From the NCBI GenBank assembly GCA_040005235.1, contig JBDTZG010000107.1, positions 1 through 12,558 of the forward strand: a stretch of DNA of 12,558 nucleotides. Reading direction: 5' to 3'. A program made the translations under genes and the position numbers. The notes under the pieces are model-generated. The model ran no database searches, was not told the origin of the DNA, and was given only the letters and a program-made list of their open reading frames with translations. The DNA comes from Acidobacteriota bacterium. GTDB lineage: Bacteria; Acidobacteriota; Thermoanaerobaculia; Multivoradales; UBA5704. This document shows, piece by piece, positions 7,575 through 12,558 of the stretch (position 1 is its first letter; each line of letters starts with the position of its first letter).

Positions 7575-8183
7575 CTACCTCTTCGCGAACTTTTCGCGCG
7601 CGCGGGCGATGTCGGCCTCGATCGCCTTGGCCTGTTCGAGGATCTGATCGGCCTTCTGCTTGGCCGCCGCGTAATCGCCGCCGGCAAACGCAGTGTCCGC
7701 ATCGCCGAGCGCCGTCTGGAGCCCATCAAGGTCGCCCTTCATCGCTTCCAAATCGGCGCGGCTGTCTTTGCCGACCGGCGCGGTCGCAAGCGAAGTCCTG
7801 GCGGTTTCAATCGCCAGCCGCGCCTGATCGAGCGCGGTCTGCGCCTGTCCCTTGAACTGCTCCTTGCCGGAGACCGCCTGAAGCTTCGCCGTATCGGCAT
7901 CGGTGCGCGCCTGAGCGAGCAGGGCGCGAGCCTTGCCGTAGCTGCGTAGCGGAGCGAACCGGCCATCCTGCGCCGCAACCTCGGCCTTCGCCTGATCGAA
8001 AGTCTGCTGCGCCTTGGTGAACGACTCGGGCGCGTACGCGTCGGCGCCCGAGCTCTTCGCTTCGCCGAGGCTGTTCTGGGCGATTTGCAGATCGCCGGTC
8101 GGCGGTTTGGCGCACCCCAGCCCAAGAACCAAGGCGAGGGGAAGCAAAGTCGCACAGCGCAACGAGGATCGAAACGGGTTCAT
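7575..8183 (-). CDS. Alanine-rich helical lipoprotein, DUF4398-like
   Basis: Lipobox LGLG-C. CAKPP...AKSSGADAYAPESF..A pattern recalls DUF4398. All-helical Ala/Gln/Lys composition. SD GGAGG 6 nt upstream. Confidence 0.7.
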   Translation of the reverse strand: MNPFRSSLRCATLLPLALVLGLGCAKPPTGDLQIAQNSLGEAKSSGADAYAPESFTKAQQTFDQAKAEVAAQDGRFAPLRSYGKARALLAQARTDADTAKLQAVSGKEQFKGQAQTALDQARLAIETARTSLATAPVGKDSRADLEAMKGDLDGLQTALGDADTAFAGGDYAAAKQKADQILEQAKAIEADIARAREKFAKR

Positions 8184-8238
8184 CGGATACCTCCGCTTGA
8201 GGTTGGATACGGCGTGACGTTTCCATCGCCGCCGACGG

Positions 8239-8247
8239 AGCTTATCA
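8239..8247 (-). promoter_or_regulatory. Possible extended -10 promoter (TGaTAAGCT) for the lipoprotein-gmk-rpoZ-coaBC-udg unit
   Basis: TGn followed by TAAGCT, downstream of the terminator and about 55 nt before ATG 8183. No recognisable -35. Confidence 0.35.
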
Positions 8248-8293
8248 GCAGCCCGCCGAGCCTGCGCTGCGGGAGGCGATCCATCTCGCCATC

Positions 8294-8328
8294 AAAAGCC
8301 GACGGCCCGGCGTTGCCGCCGAGCCGTC
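8294..8328 (-). terminator. Intrinsic terminator of the TPR-tonB-exbB-exbD-exbD operon
   Basis: 12-bp stem GACGGCUCGGCG/CGCCGGGCCGUC with one G-U pair (pairs only on the minus strand), GCAA GNRA tetraloop, followed by ggcUUUU. Confidence 0.7.
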
Positions 8329-8402
8329 TTTCCAGTCCGGGTTGACCTTCCAGGTCCAGGAGGTCTGCCGGAATCCAACCTGCGAGAAAAGGAGCGGCGG
8401 CC
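8294..8402 (-). ncRNA. Candidate 3'-UTR-derived regulatory RNA antisense to the tonB-exbB junction
   Basis: Contains CUCCUUUUCUCG (8394-8383, complement of 10026-10015 including the exbB SD) and CUGGACCUGGAAG (8359-8347, complement of 10088-10076). Ends in the terminator. Existence as a separate RNA is inferred. Confidence 0.4.
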
Positions 8403-8849
8403 TTAGGTGGCGCCGACCGCCTGTGCCGCGGCGCCGGGACCGTCGAGATCGTCGAACACGATCCCCAGGTTCTCGGCTCCTGCGTCGCGGCACATGTCCA
8501 TGAAGTCCGCGACTTTGCCGTATTCGAGATCGCCGTCCGCCGCGAAGAAGATCACCTTCGACGAACGGCCGGTCAACGCTTCCTTGAGCTTGCCCGGAAA
8601 CTCAGCCAACGGCACCGACACCTTGTTGATGTAGGTGGTGCCCTTGTCGTCCATCCGGACGATCAGCTGATCGGAGGATGGCGGCGGCTGCGCCGACTCC
8701 ACTTTCGGCGGCACCTGCACCGGGTAGCCCATCTGGATCAGCGGCGTGATCACCATGAAGATGATCAGCAGCACCAGGACTACATCGACCAGCGGGGTGA
8801 TGTTGATGTCGCTCCGGGGTCCACTACCGGAGGAGGGGCCCATAGCCAT
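8403..8849 (-). CDS. exbD: ExbD/TolR family biopolymer transport protein (second copy)
   Basis: DINITPLVDVVLVLLIIFMVITP TM motif with the conserved Asp. C-terminal ADGDLEYGKVADFMD...AG. Confidence 0.9.
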   Translation of the reverse strand: MAMGPSSGSGPRSDINITPLVDVVLVLLIIFMVITPLIQMGYPVQVPPKVESAQPPPSSDQLIVRMDDKGTTYINKVSVPLAEFPGKLKEALTGRSSKVIFFAADGDLEYGKVADFMDMCRDAGAENLGIVFDDLDGPGAAAQAVGAT

Positions 8850-8895
8850 CGCAAGTACCTCGTCTCTTCGGGTCCGGTGAGGGACCGCGATTCTT

Positions 8896-9333
8896 TTAGG
8901 CGCCCGCGAGCGCCTTGCGTTCGGTGATCAATCCAACGCGGGTGAACCCGGCCTCGTTGATCGTCTGCATGAGCTTCCGCACGTCCTTGTACTTCAACCG
9001 CCGATCCGCCTTGACCACCACTTCGCGATCGTTGTTGCGGCCGTAGATGTCCGCGAACATGTTCACGAGCTGGGCCTCTGGAATCCACTTCTCCTGAATG
9101 AAGACGGTGCCGTCGAGCTTGAGAGCAACGTTCAGCTGCTTCTCGTTCTCGGGCATCTTCGCGGGAGAGGCGGTCTCCGGCAACTGGACGTCGACACCTT
9201 TCTGGAGCAGCGGCGTGACCACCATGAAGATGATCAACAGCACCAGGCAGACATCGACCAGCGGGGTGACGTTGATGTCACCTCGGACGCCAACGTCGCC
9301 GATCGGATGCTGTCGGCTAGCGAACTTGTGCAT
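8896..9333 (-). CDS. exbD: ExbD/TolR family biopolymer transport protein (first copy)
   Basis: DINVTPLVDVCLVLLIIFMVVTP, VDVQLP, VVVKADRRLKYKDV...AGFTRVGLIT. 17-nt overlap with exbB, SD GAGG. Confidence 0.92.
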   Translation of the reverse strand: MHKFASRQHPIGDVGVRGDINVTPLVDVCLVLLIIFMVVTPLLQKGVDVQLPETASPAKMPENEKQLNVALKLDGTVFIQEKWIPEAQLVNMFADIYGRNNDREVVVKADRRLKYKDVRKLMQTINEAGFTRVGLITERKALAGA

Positions 9334-10006
9334 TTCGAGTCCTCTGTCGCTTCATGAAAAAGTCGACCAGCTCCGAGGAGGAGTTCGACATCTCAACTTG
9401 CAGGCGCTCGATGCGGCCGGTGAAGTAGTTGAACATCCAGGCGGCGGGAATCGCGACGAACAGGCCGAACGCAGTGGTGACCAGCGCTTCGGAGATACCT
9501 GCGGAAACCGCGCCGATGCCGCCCGAACCGGTGGCGGCCATGCCCTGGAACGCGTTGATGATGCCGATAACGGTGCCGAACAGGCCGATGAATGGCGCGG
9601 TCGTCGCGATCGTCGCAAGAGTGCCGATGCCGCGCTTGAAATCGGCCGTGGTGAGCAGGGCCGAGCGGTCGACGGCGCGGGCGGCGGCTTCGACGACTTC
9701 CGGGTCGGAGAGCGGACTGGTTTCGCTTTCGAATTGGTACGACTGAAGGCCGGCGGAGACGACTCGCGCGAGGTGGCTCTGCGGGAACTTCGACGCCGCG
9801 TCGATTGCCGCCTGGGCGCGATCATGCTTCATGTGATCGGTCGCGAGGCGCGCGAAGGCCAGAGACTGTTTGCGGGCCTTGTTGTAGAGGAGCAGGCGCT
9901 CGACCGAGATGTACAGCGACCAGATCGACATTATGAGCAGGATGACGGCGACGGCCCGGGCGATGAAGCCCATCGATTGCCAAAGACCAGCGGGGGAAAG
10001 ATCCAT
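9317..10006 (-). CDS. exbB: MotA/TolQ/ExbB proton channel family protein
   Basis: LATIATTAPFIGLFGTVIGIINAF and GISEALVTTAFGLFVAIPA signatures. SD AAGGAG 8 nt upstream. Confidence 0.93.
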   Translation of the reverse strand: MDLSPAGLWQSMGFIARAVAVILLIMSIWSLYISVERLLLYNKARKQSLAFARLATDHMKHDRAQAAIDAASKFPQSHLARVVSAGLQSYQFESETSPLSDPEVVEAAARAVDRSALLTTADFKRGIGTLATIATTAPFIGLFGTVIGIINAFQGMAATGSGGIGAVSAGISEALVTTAFGLFVAIPAAWMFNYFTGRIERLQVEMSNSSSELVDFFMKRQRTRNAQVR

Positions 10007-10072
10007 TCTTTGTTCTCCTTTTCTCGGATTCGACTTTAGTCTTGACTCGAGTCTTGATTGCTGGACCTGGTT

Positions 10073-10828
10073 TTACTGGACCTGGAAGTTGACCGTCAGT
10101 ACGTAGTAGACCTTCACCGGGCGACCCTGGAACATCGCCGGCCGGAATTTCCATTTCTCGACCGCGTCGACCGCGGCCCGGTCGAGCCCCATCGGCAGAC
10201 CCTTGAGCACCCGCACGTTGGTGACGTTGCCCCGCTCGTCGATGATCGCTTCGACGATCACCGTGCCTTGGAGGCGGGCGCGGCGCGCGATCTCGGTATA
10301 GACCGGGTTCACCTTGGTGACGAACTCGGGTCGCGAGACGCCGCCGCCGACCCGCAGCGGAGCGTCGTCGACCACCGGCGCGACGCCGGTGCCGCCCAAA
10401 ACTCCGCCTGGAACGCCGCCCTCGACTCCCCCGGCGACACCGCCGGGAATGCCGCCTTCCACGCCGCCTTCCACGCCGGGCGCGGACGTCGGCTCTTCGG
10501 TCGGCGGCGGGATTTCCTCCGGCACAGTTACCGGCTGCACCGGTTCGGTCGGCGTCACCACCTGCTCGACTTTCGTCACCACCGGCTTCGGCGCGCTCGG
10601 CGGCGGAGGAGGTGGCGGAGGAGGAGGAGGAGGTGGCGGAGGCGCGGACGCCGAGAGGAACACCACGTTGATCGGCGGCTCGGGCACCGGATCGATGTTC
10701 CAATAGTGGGCGAACAGATACCCCCCCGCCGCGACGAGGTGGAGGCCGACCGCTATCGGTACGAACAAATATCGGTACTTACTGAAGATTCTCGTCTTGT
10801 CCAGATCGATGAGCGAGGCTTCGAACAT
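10073..10828 (-). CDS. tonB: Energy transducer TonB family protein
   Basis: N-terminal TM with conserved His (AVGLH), 15-proline run, GGVxGG repeats, TonB_C domain (PVYTEIARRARLQGTVIVEAIIDERGNV...GLDRAAVDAVEKWKFRPA..G.PV). Confidence 0.92.
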   Translation of the reverse strand: MFEASLIDLDKTRIFSKYRYLFVPIAVGLHLVAAGGYLFAHYWNIDPVPEPPINVVFLSASAPPPPPPPPPPPPPPPSAPKPVVTKVEQVVTPTEPVQPVTVPEEIPPPTEEPTSAPGVEGGVEGGIPGGVAGGVEGGVPGGVLGGTGVAPVVDDAPLRVGGGVSRPEFVTKVNPVYTEIARRARLQGTVIVEAIIDERGNVTNVRVLKGLPMGLDRAAVDAVEKWKFRPAMFQGRPVKVYYVLTVNFQVQ

Positions 10829-10832
10829 CGGC

Positions 10833-11660
10833 TTACCCTTCCGCCGGACTCTTCGGCTCGTTGGCGGCTGCTTTTTTGCGCAGCTCGATCGCCTTCTGCA
10901 TCCACTCGGTCGCCTTGTCCAGGAAAACCTGGCGCGCAGCCGGATCGGTGGTCATCTTGGCCTTCTCGCGGTAGAGAAGGTTGTAGTACGCCATCGCCTC
11001 GAAGTAGTCCGGCTTGAGCTTGAGCGCCTTATCCGTCGCGGCGATCCCCAAATCGACGATTCGCTCGCGATCTTCCAGGCTGTACTTCGGGTCGTTGTAC
11101 GACTTGTCCCACGCCGACACGCCTAGGGTATACAGGATCTCCGGTGCGTCGGGTCCTTCAAACGCCATCCCAAACTTCACCGCCTCGTCGTAGCGATCCG
11201 CCTGGTTCAGGATGTTGATTTTCGAGCGCATCGCTTCGCCAGCCTTGGTCGGATCCGTCTGCGCTTCCTGATCGACGAAGGCGAGCGCCTTGTCGTACTG
11301 CTTCCCGTTGATGTACATCGAGAGCAGGTAGTCCTTCATCTTCTGGTCGGCGGCGTTTTCCGGATCGGCCAGATACTTTTCGAAAGCTTCGGTCGCCACG
11401 CGCCCCAGCTCTTGGTTCGCCGGGCTTTCGTCGCCCGGCTTGAAGATCGCGAGCGCCGAAAGACCGACCGAGCGCCAGGCGAACGTGGCATCCGGATCGT
11501 TCTCCAGGCCCTTCTGAAACTCGGCGAGGGCCTGCTTGTACTCCTCGTTCGCGTAGTACTCGTTGCCCTGCTTCATCTCGATCCGGGCCCTGACCTTATT
11601 GCAGCCGATGGCCGGGAGCATCAAGAGAGTCACTGCGATGGCGATCGAACACTTGTGCAT
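10833..11660 (-). CDS. TPR-repeat lipoprotein, first gene of the Ton-type motor operon
   Basis: Lipoprotein signal ending PAIG-C. TPR-like helices (GNEYYANEEYKQALAEFQKGLENDP; ALKLKPDYFEAMAYYNLLYREKA). 4-nt gap to tonB. Confidence 0.8.
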   Translation of the reverse strand: MHKCSIAIAVTLLMLPAIGCNKVRARIEMKQGNEYYANEEYKQALAEFQKGLENDPDATFAWRSVGLSALAIFKPGDESPANQELGRVATEAFEKYLADPENAADQKMKDYLLSMYINGKQYDKALAFVDQEAQTDPTKAGEAMRSKINILNQADRYDEAVKFGMAFEGPDAPEILYTLGVSAWDKSYNDPKYSLEDRERIVDLGIAATDKALKLKPDYFEAMAYYNLLYREKAKMTTDPAARQVFLDKATEWMQKAIELRKKAAANEPKSPAEG

Positions 11661-11802
11661 GAGAGCCGCTTCCCCGACGTGTTAGAAGGGTGAGACTGCC
11701 GTTTGGTTCCCGAGCTTCTGGACAGGTGGAAAGAACAACCATTCCGACGAACGCTCCATCAGCCTGATTTCGCGCATTTTCCACCCCGAGCTCAGGGCGG
11801 GA

Positions 11803-11830
11803 AGTCTACTCGGCCCCCCGTTCCTGTCAA
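11803..11830 (-). promoter_or_regulatory. Sigma70-type promoter TTGACA-N16-TAGACT for the TPR-tonB-exbBDD operon
   Basis: Perfect -35 TTGACA (11830-11825), 16-nt spacer, -10 TAGACT (11808-11803). Predicts a leader of about 135 nt. Confidence 0.75.
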
Positions 11831-12109
11831 GCCCGTCGCGGACCGCTCGAATCTGCCCTACGGGCCATAGATTCCAATGCTTTATCGAAGCCATGAGGCT
11901 TTGGGGGGACAGGCTTCCCTCGCCCGGGATGAACGGCGGCCACAGCGGGTCGAAGGCCGCGCTCGACGGCAGCGTCTCGACCGGTCTACGCGTGGAGCGC
12001 AGACCGCGACCGCGGGGTTCTGTGACGAATCGCCTCAAATTTGGCTCCGAGTCGGGGGATGGTATGCGAAACCCCCGAACAAGGCCAAGCGATTTGCAAC
12101 TTCGACGCC

Positions 12110-12128
12110 AAATCCGCCCCCGGGCGGA
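12110..12128 (-). terminator. Possible weak terminator downstream of pal
   Basis: UCCGCC-cggg-GGCGGA hairpin followed by only UUU. Confidence 0.3.
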
Positions 12129-12210
12129 AGACCCCGGCGGCCCATCCGCCCGGAGTTCGGGCAGCAAGATCTACCGGGAAGACGCGTAACGCTTGCCGCG
12201 TGGCCGCGGC

Positions 12211-12558
12211 TCAGCGCCGGCTGGAGAGCACGAAGTGCGCGCGCCGGTTCTCGTGCCAGCAAGACTCTTCGCTCTCAGAGCAGAACGGCCGCTCTTCACC
12301 GTAGCTGATCGTGCGGATCCGGTCGGCGGCGACCGCGAGCGACCCAAGATACTGCTTGACCGAGTTGGCGCGCCGGTCGCCGAGGGCGAGGTTGTACTCG
12401 TTCGTGCCGCGTTCGTCGCAGTGCCCTTCGATCGTCACCTGAAATTCCCGATGATCTTGGAAGAACTTGGCATTGGCGGCCAGCCGGTCGCGGGTGGCGG
12501 AGCTCAGCTCGGCCTGGTCGTAGTCGAAATAGACGTCGCCGAGCAGGCCCTGGGCGCG
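12211..12558 (-). CDS. pal: Peptidoglycan-associated lipoprotein (OmpA C-like domain), 5'-truncated by the window edge
   Basis: Frame open to the window end: RAQGLLGDVYFDYDQAEL...TIEGHCDERGTNEYNLALGDRRA...ISYGEERP...NRRA. Confidence 0.93.
   Translation of the reverse strand, partial: RAQGLLGDVYFDYDQAELSSATRDRLAANAKFFQDHREFQVTIEGHCDERGTNEYNLALGDRRANSVKQYLGSLAVAADRIRTISYGEERPFCSESEESCWHENRRAHFVLSSRR

Noticed and set aside
8200-8381. 182-nt segment closed by a terminal stem, the size of a 6S RNA or a MITE
   Set aside because: The interior folds into local hairpins, including a terminator, rather than a 6S rod with a central bubble. No target-site duplication or second copy is seen in the window. 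The complementarity is kept as a finding.
10395-10480. Periodic 12-bp repeats in tonB as a CRISPR-like or DNA-level repeat
   Set aside because: They encode GGVxGG linker repeats with degenerate codons and have no spacers
12021-12037. TGTGA CRP/FNR-like site
   Set aside because: Only one half-site, with no TCACA at the 6-nt spacing
11682-12308. ORFs in the pal-TPR spacer (11682-12167 minus, 11877-12308 plus, 11893-12189 plus)
   Set aside because: No recognisable domains or convincing RBS. They run across the promoter or overlap pal.

Overview
High-GC bacterial chromosomal window. Protein styles suggest Acidobacteriota, possibly Thermoanaerobaculia (inference). The + strand carries the 3' part of a RecD2-type helicase. 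Everything else is on the - strand, in transcription order: pal (partial); a strong sigma70-type promoter; a TPR lipoprotein-tonB-exbB-exbD-exbD operon with a terminator; a DUF4398-like lipoprotein; gmk-rpoZ-coaBC-udg (family 4); and a divergent ECF sigma factor, an anti-sigma-like membrane protein and a bactofilin-like polytopic membrane protein. No mobile elements, CRISPR, tRNA or rRNA were seen. The most striking observation is non-coding. The ~110-nt 3' UTR of the Ton-type motor operon carries, in the correct antiparallel order, perfect 12-nt and 13-nt complements of the exbB Shine-Dalgarno region and the tonB 3' end, about 1.6-1.7 kb upstream. This is the architecture expected of a 3'-UTR-derived autoregulatory sRNA or a long-range mRNA duplex.
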